A stretch of DNA of 64,000 nt from Alphaproteobacteria bacterium. GTDB taxonomy: Bacteria > Pseudomonadota > Alphaproteobacteria > UBA828. The notes under the pieces were generated by a model. That model did not search any database and was not told the origin of the DNA. It saw nothing but the letters and a program-made list of their open reading frames with translations. Made by a program: the position numbers and the translations under genes. This document shows positions 47,586 to 56,205 of the stretch, piece by piece; the first letter of the stretch is position 1, and each line of letters begins with the position of its first letter. The stretch covers positions 576,001-640,000 of the forward strand of contig CBDCQT010000012.1 of NCBI GenBank assembly GCA_965220745.1, given 5' to 3'.

Positions 47586-47858
47586 ATGAGCGCGTTCCCG
47601 ATTCTCTCGCGCTTCCAGCAGGACGCGCACATCAAGACGGTGGAAATCGAGCCGGGCCAGACCATGGACGAGGTGGCGGCGGCCTGCGCCTTCCACTCGA
47701 TCGGGCTGCACGTGGCGGACAAGCCAGGCCGGACGCTGCGCGTGCGGCCCACCACCGAGGACGACTCCGCGCCGCCCTGGCCGCGCGATCTCACGGTCGA
47801 GAAGGCGGGCATCCGCTTCTACGACTGCATCGACATCTATTTCGAAGAGCCCCGGTAG
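47586..47858 (+). CDS. tmoB: Di-iron monooxygenase gamma subunit (TmoB-like)
   Basis: MSAFP..F..D, TMDEVA, HSIG, PRDLTV..AGI, IDIYFEE. Confidence 0.88.
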   Translation: MSAFPILSRFQQDAHIKTVEIEPGQTMDEVAAACAFHSIGLHVADKPGRTLRVRPTTEDDSAPPWPRDLTVEKAGIRFYDCIDIYFEEPR

Positions 47859-47891
47859 CCCACGCGCACCGGGGATTGGAGTGACCGACGC

Positions 47892-48227
47892 ATGGCGTTC
47901 AAGAAGGCCTGCACGCTGGACGACATCTGGGAAGGCGACATGGAGACCTTCGACGTGGATGGCACCGAGGTGCTGCTCGTCCATGTCGAAGGCGAGGGCA
48001 TTCACGCGCTCCAGGCGCAGTGCCCGCATCAGGAGGTGGACTTGGTGGACGGCGATCTCGACGGCCGGGTGCTGACCTGCATGATGCACCTCTGGGAGTT
48101 CGACGTGGTGGCGGGCAAGGGGGTGAACCCAGCCGATGCCGAGATCGCCCAGTATCCGGTCAAGATCGAGGGCGAGGACGTCCTGGTCGATGTCGAGGGC
48201 ATCGAGCCCAAGCATGCCAAGCCCTGA
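47892..48227 (+). CDS. tmoC: Rieske-type ferredoxin (TmoC-like)
   Basis: LDDIWEGDM, CPHQ, TCMMHLWEF, GKGVNP. Confidence 0.92.
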   Translation: MAFKKACTLDDIWEGDMETFDVDGTEVLLVHVEGEGIHALQAQCPHQEVDLVDGDLDGRVLTCMMHLWEFDVVAGKGVNPADAEIAQYPVKIEGEDVLVDVEGIEPKHAKP

Positions 48228-48254
48228 CGGTGCGGCTTAGCGGGAGGAACGGCG

Positions 48255-48560
48255 ATGAGCGGTGACGACACGGCACGCAAGAACGCGGTCGGCCCGGTGC
48301 TGCGCGCGGGCGAGGTCGCCGATGCCGTGGTCGAGGCCCTGGAGGAGGATAATCCCGGCAAGGAGTTCACGGTCGAGGACCGGGTCGCTTACGTCCGGGC
48401 CGAGACCGAGGGCGAGTGCGTGGTGCGGGCAGAGACCGTGGCGCGGGTGCTCGGCCGGCCGTTCAAGATCGCCGAGCTGGAGGTCAATCTCAGCTCATTC
48501 TCGGGCCGGATCGAGACCACTGATGACACCATGCGCTTCTACTTCGAGAAGAGGCTGTAG
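48255..48560 (+). CDS. tmoD: Monooxygenase effector/coupling protein (TmoD / MmoB-DmpM family)
   Basis: VGPVLRAG, DNPGKE..VEDR.AYVR, LGRPF..ELEVNLSSFSGRI, RFYF. Confidence 0.92.
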   Translation: MSGDDTARKNAVGPVLRAGEVADAVVEALEEDNPGKEFTVEDRVAYVRAETEGECVVRAETVARVLGRPFKIAELEVNLSSFSGRIETTDDTMRFYFEKRL

Positions 48561-48788
48561 GCACTATCCAACCGGACAGGATCGTATCCAGTTGCTGCAA
48601 GTTTCCATTTCGCCTGAAGTGCGGCTAGAGACCCCCCCACCTCACCCCGGCCCTCTCCGCCCCCAGGGGCGGAGAGGGAGAGCCGCGTCGGCCCCACCCA
48701 CGTCCCCCCTCCGCCTTTGGGGGAGGGGGACAGGGGGAGGTGGTTGTTCTTCGGACCGCAGTGATCCAGTCAGGCCGGATAATGCTCC
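48558..48788. mobile_element. Degenerate MITE-like inverted-repeat element enclosing a palindromic repeat
   Basis: GCACTATCCAACCGGACAGGATC (48561-48583) vs reverse complement of 48763-48785 GCATTATCCGGCCTGACTGGATC, 18/23 identical. Confidence 0.55.
48632..48743. repeat. Double-hairpin REP-like repeat (CCCTCTCC...GGAGAGGG type)
   Basis: CCCTCTCCGCCCC/GGGGCGGAGAGGG at 48651-48678; second hairpin about 48703-48730; outer CCACCTC/GAGGTGG. Confidence 0.75.
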
Positions 48789-48831
48789 AGAGACTCGCTC
48801 GCGATGGACGCGAAGGGCATTGGGCTGAGGC

Positions 48832-49131
48832 ATGGCGAGTGAGGCGCAGGGCGGCCGCGTTCAGGCCGCGATCCGCCAAAAACTGAGCGAGGCGCTGGCA
48901 CCCAGCCGCCTCGACATCGTGGACGATTCCGCGCGCCACGCCGGCCATGTCGGCGCGCGGCCCGAGGGCGAAAGCCACTTCATCGTGGAAATCGCCTCCG
49001 AACGCTTCGCCGGTCTCTCCCGCGTCGCCCGCCAGCGTCTGGTTCACAAGGTGCTCGAAGACGAGTTGCGCACCGACGTTCACGCCCTCGCACTGAAATC
49101 CCTCACCCCGGAAGAAGACGCCGCGCTGTAG
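48832..49131 (+). CDS. bolA: BolA family protein
   Basis: DDSARHAGH, GESHF, FAGLSRVARQRLV, VHALAL. Confidence 0.93.
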   Translation: MASEAQGGRVQAAIRQKLSEALAPSRLDIVDDSARHAGHVGARPEGESHFIVEIASERFAGLSRVARQRLVHKVLEDELRTDVHALALKSLTPEEDAAL

Positions 49132-49137
49132 GACGGC

Positions 49138-50070
49138 CTACTCCGCCGCCATCAGCGTCTCGACGTGGGTTGCCGCGCTGGCGCCGAGGGCGCGCAGGTC
49201 GTAGCCGCCTTCGAGGGTCGAGACGACGCGGCCGTCGCAAAGCTCGCCTGCCAACCGGGTCAACTCCGTGGTGATCCAGCGGTAGTCGTCTTCGACCAGC
49301 TCGAGGTTCGCCAGCGGATCGTCGCGGTGCGCGTCGAAGCCGGCAGAGATCAGGATCATCTCGGGGCGGAAGGCGCGGAGTGCCGGCAGCATTCGGCTCT
49401 CCATCGCATCGCGGAAGCCGGCGGAGCCCGTGCCCGGCGAGAGCGGCGCGTTGACGATGTTGCCGACGCCGGTTTCGCTTGCCGCGCCCGTGCCCGGATA
49501 GAGCGGCCACTGGTGGGTGGAGCCGAAGAAGAGGTCGCCGTCTTGCTCGAACGCGGCTTGCGTGCCATTGCCGTGGTGGACGTCGAAGTCGATCACGGCG
49601 ATCCGCGTCAGCCCGTGGGTGCGCCGTGCCCGCTCAGCCCCGATCACGACGTTGTTGAAGAGGCAGAAGCCCATCGGCCGGCGAGGCTCCGCATGGTGGC
49701 CCGGCGGACGCACCGCGCAGAAGGCGTTGTCCGCCTCGCCGGCGAACACCGCATCCACCGCAGCCGCGACCGCGCCCGCCGCGCGCCGCGCCGCTTCGCC
49801 CGAAGCGGGCGACATCACCGTGTCGGCGTCAATGGCGACCCGCCCTTCGGAGGGCACGTTGGTAAGAATGGCGTCCACCAGCTTCTCGTCGTGCGCCCAG
49901 GCAAGGATCTCGGCATCGCCCATGGGCGCCTCGCGGCGATCGAGCGGCTCGAAGGCGTCGGCGGCCAGCGCATCCTCAATCGCCCCCAACCGCGCGCCCG
50001 ATTCCGGGTGACGCGCGCCGGGGTCGTGGTCCGCGCACACGGGATGGCTGTATAGGATCGTCTTCGCCAC
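49138..50070 (-). CDS. Histone deacetylase family (acetoin utilization / polyamine deacetylase-like) protein
   Basis: HPES, RPPGHHAE, GFCLFNN, DFDVHHGNGT, SAGFDAH, LEGGY. Confidence 0.93.
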   Translation of the reverse strand: MAKTILYSHPVCADHDPGARHPESGARLGAIEDALAADAFEPLDRREAPMGDAEILAWAHDEKLVDAILTNVPSEGRVAIDADTVMSPASGEAARRAAGAVAAAVDAVFAGEADNAFCAVRPPGHHAEPRRPMGFCLFNNVVIGAERARRTHGLTRIAVIDFDVHHGNGTQAAFEQDGDLFFGSTHQWPLYPGTGAASETGVGNIVNAPLSPGTGSAGFRDAMESRMLPALRAFRPEMILISAGFDAHRDDPLANLELVEDDYRWITTELTRLAGELCDGRVVSTLEGGYDLRALGASAATHVETLMAAE

Positions 50071-50151
50071 GGCCTGCCCTCCAGTTGCCCAGAGCCTAGC
50101 ACGGCCTTATCGACGATGTTCCGCCGAAGCAAAATTCGCGGCTCATTGGGG

Positions 50152-50424
50152 CTAGCCCGCATTTCTCACCAAGGTCATGGTCTGCGCGGCGCCCTCGGGC
50201 CGACAGAGCAGGAAAGCGGCGCAGCGCGATGTGGTGCATCGGGCAAGAGCGGTTTGGCGCACTCTGTCGGCCCGAGGGCGCCGCCCTTCGGGTCGCGCCC
50301 AAGCGCCCGCCCGCGTCGTCGCGGACCTCAACCGTATTCCCTGATACGCTTTTCGGCCCGCTCCTTGCGGATCGAACGCCTGGACGCGACGCAGGCCGTG
50401 ACTTTGGTGAGAAATGCGGGCTAG
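50152..50424. mobile_element. MITE, 273 bp, with 35-bp terminal inverted repeats bounded by CTAG
   Basis: CTAGCCCGCATTTCTCACCAAGGTCATGGTCTGCG (50152-50186) vs CGCAGGCCGTGACTTTGGTGAGAAATGCGGGCTAG (50390-50424), 32/35; internal perfect 23-bp IR 50186-50208 / 50262-50284. Confidence 0.85.
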
Positions 50425-50477
50425 ACCTGCGCCGGATAATCGCCACATTGTGGATTAACGATTCGAGGGAGGAATCG

Positions 50478-51857
50478 ATGCGCTTCCCGCTGTTGCTGCT
50501 CACCCCCATCGCGCTCGCGGTCGCGCTCTTCGCCGCGGCCCCGGCGCACGCGCACATGACGGCCGACGAGGTGCCTTCGCTGGCACCGCTCGTGAAGGAG
50601 AGCGCGCCGGCGGTGGTCAACATCAGGACCGTGGGCCAACTGGAGGAGGCGCCGCAGCATCCCTTCTTCGACAATCCGTTTTTCGAGCGCTTCTTCGGCG
50701 AGCGTGAGCGCGAGCGCCCGCGGCGCCGCCAGCCGCGCCGCAGCCAGGCGGCCGGCTCGGGTGTGATCGTGGACGCGGAGCAGGGCTATCTGCTCACCAA
50801 CCAGCACGTGATCGCGGACGCGCACGAGATCGCCGTGACCCTCACCGATGGCCGCAGATTCGAGGCCGAGGTGGTGGGCGCCGATCCGGGGACCGACGTG
50901 GCGTTGCTCAAGATCGACGCGGACTCGCTTTCCGCCATGCCGCTCGCCGATTCGGACGCATTGCAGGTGGGCGACTACGTCGTCGCCATCGGCAACCCGT
51001 TCGGGCTCGGCCAGACCGTCACTGCCGGTATCGTGAGCGCGGTCGGCCGTTCGGGTCTAGGCATCGAATCCTATGAGGACTTCATTCAGACCGACGCCGC
51101 CATCAACTTCGGCAATTCGGGCGGCGCGCTCATGAATCTCAAGGGCGAGCTCGTCGGCATCAACACCGCCATCTTCGCGCGGGCCGGCGGCAACATCGGC
51201 ATCGGCTTCGCGATCCCGATCAACATGGCCCGCCAGATCATGGACCAGCTCCTCACCCACGGTGAAATCCAGCGCGGCCGCATCGGCGTGCAGATTCAGG
51301 ACCTGACGCCCGATCTCGCCGAGGCGCTCGGCACCTCCCACCAAAAAGGCGCCGTGGTGGCCCAGGTAATCCCAGGAACGCCGTCGGAGGCGGCAGGGAT
51401 CCAACCCGGCGACGTGGTCGTCGGGATGAATGGTGAGCCGGTCTCTGGCTCGTCCGACCTCCGCAACATGGTCGGCATGCTGCGGGTGGGCGATGCGGTT
51501 CAGCTCACCATCGTCCGCGAGGGAGAGACGATGACGATCGATCTCGCGGTCGGCGAAATCGGCGAGGTGGCGCTGGGCGCCGGGAGCCAGATCCCCCAGC
51601 TCGAGGGCGCGGTGTTCGGGCCGCTCGGCTCATCCTCGCCGCTCTACGGCAAGGTGAAGGGCGTGCTCGTCGTCAGCGTCGAGGCCGATACGCCCGCCTG
51701 GGACGCGGGGCTTCGCGAGGATGATGTTATCACCTCGGTTAACCGCCGCCCGGTGGAGACTCCCAACGAAATCATCCAGGTGGTGGAGGAGACCGGGCTC
51801 CCGATCCTGATGAACGTCAGGCGTGGCGACGGGGCACTATTCCTGTTGATCCGCTGA
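50478..51857 (+). CDS. DegP/DegQ (HtrA) periplasmic serine protease with two PDZ domains
   Basis: ATG after GGGAGG; [37 protein letters not shown]. Confidence 0.94.
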   Translation: MRFPLLLLTPIALAVALFAAAPAHAHMTADEVPSLAPLVKESAPAVVNIRTVGQLEEAPQHPFFDNPFFERFFGERERERPRRRQPRRSQAAGSGVIVDAEQGYLLTNQHVIADAHEIAVTLTDGRRFEAEVVGADPGTDVALLKIDADSLSAMPLADSDALQVGDYVVAIGNPFGLGQTVTAGIVSAVGRSGLGIESYEDFIQTDAAINFGNSGGALMNLKGELVGINTAIFARAGGNIGIGFAIPINMARQIMDQLLTHGEIQRGRIGVQIQDLTPDLAEALGTSHQKGAVVAQVIPGTPSEAAGIQPGDVVVGMNGEPVSGSSDLRNMVGMLRVGDAVQLTIVREGETMTIDLAVGEIGEVALGAGSQIPQLEGAVFGPLGSSSPLYGKVKGVLVVSVEADTPAWDAGLREDDVITSVNRRPVETPNEIIQVVEETGLPILMNVRRGDGALFLLIR

Positions 51858-51895
51858 CGTTCTGCCGCAGCCGAGCGTTCGCGTGTGCCGCACGC

Positions 51896-52663
51896 TCAGG
51901 CGGTGATGCGCATCTGGATGGGGCCTTCGGCGCGCTGGTTGATCAGTTGGTCCAGGTAGGCGTTGCCGCTCTCGTCGATCTCGTCGGGTGCGCCCTGCCA
52001 CATGATCGTGCCCTCGTGCAGCATGGCGAGGCGGTCGAAGCTGCGCCGGGCGATCGCCATGTCGCTGGTCACGGTGAGCGCGGTCGCGCCGCTCCGTTCG
52101 ATGGCGCCCTGGATGAGCGAGACGATCGTGCCGGTCAGGATCGGGTCGAGCCCGGCGGTGGGGTCGTCGAGCACGAGAAATCGGGGCTCGGCGGCGATCG
52201 CGCGGCCCAGTGCCACGCGCTTCTGCATCCCACCGGAAAGCTCCGCCGGCGACAGGTCAGCCACGTCGGGTTTGAGCCCCACCGAGGCGAGGGTTTCGAG
52301 CGCCCGGTCTCTGGCGGTGCGCCGGTTCATCCCATGGCCGTGGATCAGGGTGAAGGCCACGTTCTCCCACACGGTGAGACTGTCGAAGAGCGCGTTCTGC
52401 TGAAACAGGACGCCGACGTCGCGCATCAGGCGCTCCAGCCCGCTCTTGTCGAGGGTCGCGAGAGCGGTGTCGCCGTAGCGGACGCTGCCACCGTCCATCG
52501 GCAGCAGCCCGAGCAGGCATTTCAGCAGCACCGACTTGCCACCCGAGGAGGGGCCCACCAGAACGGTCGAGCGCCCCTCCGGCACGTCGAGATCGGCGCC
52601 GCGCAGCACCGGCTTGCCGTCGAACGCCTTGACCACGCCGCGCGCCGTGACCGTAATGCTCAT
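51896..52663 (-). CDS. MlaF-like ABC ATP-binding protein with degenerate catalytic motifs
   Basis: LFQQNALFDSLTVWENVAF, ELSGGMQKRVALGRA, DDPTAGLDP, VTSD. Confidence 0.85.
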   Translation of the reverse strand: MSITVTARGVVKAFDGKPVLRGADLDVPEGRSTVLVGPSSGGKSVLLKCLLGLLPMDGGSVRYGDTALATLDKSGLERLMRDVGVLFQQNALFDSLTVWENVAFTLIHGHGMNRRTARDRALETLASVGLKPDVADLSPAELSGGMQKRVALGRAIAAEPRFLVLDDPTAGLDPILTGTIVSLIQGAIERSGATALTVTSDMAIARRSFDRLAMLHEGTIMWQGAPDEIDESGNAYLDQLINQRAEGPIQMRITA

Positions 52664-52754
52664 GGCACGTCTCTAGCGCGGCCCGCGCCTAAAGTCGAAC
52701 CACACCCTGGGGAGAGGTCGGTGTCCTGCCGGCTGACAAGTGAGGACTCCGGAC

Positions 52755-54011
52755 ATGTCAAACGACACGCTGCTTGAACGCCGGCACCGGCTGCTGGGCG
52801 CCGGCGCGCCGCTCTTCTACGACCGTCCGCTCCACCTGGTGAAAGGGGAGGGGGTCCGGGTCTGGGACAGCGACGGGCGCGTCTACCTCGACGCCTACAA
52901 CAACGTGCCCCACGTCGGCCACTGCCATCCCCACGTGGTGGAGGCGCTGGCGAATCAGGCCGGTCGGCTCAATCTCTCCACCCGCTATCTGGACGAGCGC
53001 ATCCTCGACTACGGCGAGGCCCTGACGGCCACCTTTGCGGACGAGCTCTCCCGCGTCTCGCTGGTCTGCTCGGGCACCGAGGCCAGCGAGCTCGCGCTCA
53101 GAATGGCCCGCGCCTGCACCGGCAACGAGGGCGTCATCGTCACCGACTTCTGCTACCACGGGAACTCCGCCGTGGTCGCCGGGCTCTGCACTGCGTTCGC
53201 GATGCCCGAGGGCATCGACACCAGGGTGCGCACGATCAGAGTCCCCGAGGCCGACGACGACCCGGCCGAGGCGGCGGCCGAGGTGGAGGCGGCCATCGCC
53301 TCGATGGCCGAGGCCGGCATGAAGCCCGCCGCGATCTTTTTCGACACGATATTCGCGACCGAGGGCATGCCGGCCGTGCCCGTGGGTTACGTAGAGCAGG
53401 CCGTCGCGCTCACCCGCCAAGCCGGCGGGCTCTACATCGCGGACGAGGTGCAGCCGGGCCTCGGCCGCACGGGCGCTGGAATGTGGGGGCATCAGCTCTA
53501 TGGCGCCGTACCGGACCTCGTGACCCTCGGCAAGCCGCTCGGCAACGGCCATCCGCTCGCGGGCGTTGTTGCCCAGCCTGACCTGATCGACGGTTTCGCG
53601 GACAAGGCGATGTACTTCAACACCTTCGGCGGCAATCCGGTGTCCTGCGCGGTGGGGCATGCGGTGCTGGAAGTGGTCGAGCAGGAACGCCTCATGGAGA
53701 ACGCGCGCAAGGTCGGCGCGCATCTGCAGGAGGGGCTGCTGGCTCTCGGCAACAAGCACGCCATAATCGGCGCGCCGCGCGGGCGGGGTCTCTTCACAGG
53801 CGTTCCGTTCTTCGCCGACGGGGACAGGGAAACGCCGGCGCCGGAGCTGACCAAGGCTGCCGTGAACGGGATGCGCGAGCGCGGCGTGCTGATCAGCCGC
53901 ACCGGCCGGCATGACCACGTGCTCAAGATTCGCCCGCCCATGCCGTTTTCCACTGCCGATGCGGATCAGCTTCTCGCCGCCCTCGACGAAACCCTTGATT
54001 CGCTCGCGTGA
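52755..54011 (+). CDS. Class III PLP enzyme of the ethanolamine-phosphate / phosphohydroxylysine phospho-lyase-like group
   Basis: YLDAYNNVPHVGHCHP, TRYL, YHGNS, ADEVQPG, TLGKPLGNGHP, YFNTFGGNPVSCA, LKIRPP. Confidence 0.88.
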   Translation: MSNDTLLERRHRLLGAGAPLFYDRPLHLVKGEGVRVWDSDGRVYLDAYNNVPHVGHCHPHVVEALANQAGRLNLSTRYLDERILDYGEALTATFADELSRVSLVCSGTEASELALRMARACTGNEGVIVTDFCYHGNSAVVAGLCTAFAMPEGIDTRVRTIRVPEADDDPAEAAAEVEAAIASMAEAGMKPAAIFFDTIFATEGMPAVPVGYVEQAVALTRQAGGLYIADEVQPGLGRTGAGMWGHQLYGAVPDLVTLGKPLGNGHPLAGVVAQPDLIDGFADKAMYFNTFGGNPVSCAVGHAVLEVVEQERLMENARKVGAHLQEGLLALGNKHAIIGAPRGRGLFTGVPFFADGDRETPAPELTKAAVNGMRERGVLISRTGRHDHVLKIRPPMPFSTADADQLLAALDETLDSLA

Positions 54012-54021
54012 CCACGCGCCC

Positions 54022-55041
54022 ATGACCGACTTCTATCGCCTGCCGCTCGATGAGCGGGCCGAGCGCCTGCGCGCGCTCGCCGTCGAGGCTCTCCTCCTCT
54101 GGGGCGTGGAGGGATGCGAGCCCGAGATCGTCAAGTTTCGCGAGAATGCGATCTTCCGGGTGGTTTCAGCGGATGGGGACGACGCAGTGCTCCGTGTTCA
54201 CCGGCACGGCTACCACAGCGACGCGGCGCTCCGCTCCGAGCTCACCTGGATGGAGGCGCTGCACGCCGAAGGCATCGACGCGCCGGCGGTGATCCCGAGC
54301 GCCGCCGGCGAGCGGTTCGAGACAGTGCGGACCGCCGGCGTGCCGGAGCCCCATCAGGTGGACATGCTGACCTGGATGCCCGGCATCCCCATCGGCACCC
54401 TCGAGGAGGGCCTGAACCCGGCGATCGGAGACGTGCACGCGGCTTTCGTCGGGGTCGGCCGCCTTTGCGCCCGTCTTCACAATCAGACCGAAGCGTGGCC
54501 GCTGCCGGCCGGATTCACCCGCCATGCCTGGGATCGCGACGGGCTCGTGGGCCCGGAGCCGCTCTGGGGCCGGTTCTGGGAGTCCACCGCGCTCGGCGCC
54601 GAGGAGCGCCGCCTGATCGATCGCGCCCGCGCCAGCGTTCACGAGGCGCTGACGGCCTACGGCCGCTCTCCGCGCCGCTACGGCCTGATTCACGCAGACT
54701 TCAACCTCGACAACATGCTGCTCGACGGCGACCGGGTGATCCCCCTCGACTTCGATGATTGCGGCTTCGGCTGGCACCTCTTCGACCTGGCGACGGTCTG
54801 GACGATGTTCCACGGCAGCGATCTGGCCGAGGCTATCCGTGCCGGGGTCGTCGAGGGCTACCGCCGCCACCGCGCCCTGCCGGACGAGGAGCTCGCTCAC
54901 CTGTCGCTCTTCGAGCTTGCGCGCGCCTTCAGCTACCTCGGCTGGGTCCATACGCGGTCGGAAACCGCAAGCGCGAAAAGCTTGGCGCCCGAAGTCGCCC
55001 GGCTCGCATGCACCCTGGCGGAAGAATATCTTCGCGGGTAG
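54022..55041 (+). CDS. APH/choline-kinase-like phosphotransferase
   Basis: RENAIFRV, VLRVHR, GLIHADFNLDN (HxDxxxxN), LDFDDCGFGW. Confidence 0.88.
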   Translation: MTDFYRLPLDERAERLRALAVEALLLWGVEGCEPEIVKFRENAIFRVVSADGDDAVLRVHRHGYHSDAALRSELTWMEALHAEGIDAPAVIPSAAGERFETVRTAGVPEPHQVDMLTWMPGIPIGTLEEGLNPAIGDVHAAFVGVGRLCARLHNQTEAWPLPAGFTRHAWDRDGLVGPEPLWGRFWESTALGAEERRLIDRARASVHEALTAYGRSPRRYGLIHADFNLDNMLLDGDRVIPLDFDDCGFGWHLFDLATVWTMFHGSDLAEAIRAGVVEGYRRHRALPDEELAHLSLFELARAFSYLGWVHTRSETASAKSLAPEVARLACTLAEEYLRG

Positions 55042-55050
55042 CCGGCCGGC

Positions 55051-56166
55051 TTACGGGAAGAGGGTGAGCACGCCGGTGTAGCCGTAGAGCCGGTTGTGCG
55101 AAATCTCGCCGTTGCAGAAGAAGCCTACCAGCGGCACGTCGCCGAGAGTGCGCTCGATCAGCCGCAGTTCCTCGGACGTTTCGCCGAACATGTTGGGGCC
55201 GCGGGCGAGGCAACTGAAGTAGAGGGCGCCACGCGGCTCGGCGCCGGCCCGGCGCTTCACCGACTCCACCATGCGGTCGAGATCGTGCTCTGCGGCGGCC
55301 GCGTCCCGGCGGCAGAACTGCACCTGGGTGCCGCGTTCCACCAGCTCACCGATGCCGATCAGCCCCCGGTCGACGTCGAAGCCGACGATGTTGCGCACCA
55401 GGTAGTCGCCGGTGTCGCTGCCCGAAACCGGGAGGGCCGCGAAGATGAGGCCGCCGACCCGACGCAGGTCGCTGGCGAGCTCCTCGCCGATCTCCTCCTT
55501 GAAAACCTCCAGCGCCGGTCGGCCGTCGAGCTCGATCAGGATGTTGGCCCGGCAGTCGGTGATCTCGTGGATCGCGCCGATGGGCATGCAGCTCTGGCTG
55601 AGCGCGGTGGCGACGGAGACGGTGTCCGACAGGAGGACGCCGGAGACCCCGCCCTCGGTAACGCCGCCCGCGATCTGCGCCGGCACCGCGCGCGACGACG
55701 AGAGCCCACCGACCAGGAAGCCGTCCAGCTCGTCGGCGAGATCCGCAACGATATCGCCCGTGCGCTGGTTGCGCGGGTCGGCGTGAACGATGCCGAAGTG
55801 TGCGGGCGAGCGGGCAATCCACGCGCCGTTCGAGCGGCTGAACTCGCCGAGGTCGTCGCGGATGGTCTCGAAGACCCGGTAACTCTGCTGATCGAGGTCC
55901 GCAATCATGACCGCCGCCGCGGGCTCGTCGAAATACTCCCGCCCGGTGGCGCAGATTCCGATGCCGACCGAGCCCACCCACTCGTCGAGGCCGGTCGCGC
56001 GCTTGAGCCGGTCCAGAGCCGCGGGCAAGTGGTCGCCAATCGCGTCGGTCACGTAGAGCATGCCGAGGCCCTGCTGCGGCAGCGTGGGGCCCAACTGCTG
56101 GATGCAGGCCTCGATGGCGGCTTCGCCGGTCGGCCCGCCGGCGTGGGCGAAATGAAATCGCGTCAT
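55051..56166 (-). CDS. FIST (NosP-like) domain protein
   Basis: GSVGIGIC, LVGGLSS, SQSC.PIG, ELDGRPAL, DYLVRN, LYFSCLARG, GFFCNGEI, YGYT. Confidence 0.9.
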   Translation of the reverse strand: MTRFHFAHAGGPTGEAAIEACIQQLGPTLPQQGLGMLYVTDAIGDHLPAALDRLKRATGLDEWVGSVGIGICATGREYFDEPAAAVMIADLDQQSYRVFETIRDDLGEFSRSNGAWIARSPAHFGIVHADPRNQRTGDIVADLADELDGFLVGGLSSSRAVPAQIAGGVTEGGVSGVLLSDTVSVATALSQSCMPIGAIHEITDCRANILIELDGRPALEVFKEEIGEELASDLRRVGGLIFAALPVSGSDTGDYLVRNIVGFDVDRGLIGIGELVERGTQVQFCRRDAAAAEHDLDRMVESVKRRAGAEPRGALYFSCLARGPNMFGETSEELRLIERTLGDVPLVGFFCNGEISHNRLYGYTGVLTLFP

Positions 56167-56205
56167 CCTCTGCGTCCCGGCGCTGTGGCGCAGCTAATGG
56201 TGCGC

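Noticed and set aside
50096-50477. Short ORFs 50116..50424, 50152..50448, 50096..50674 and the N-terminal extension of DegP from 50229
   Set aside because: All run through the MITE; DegP has a strong RBS and signal peptide from ATG 50478
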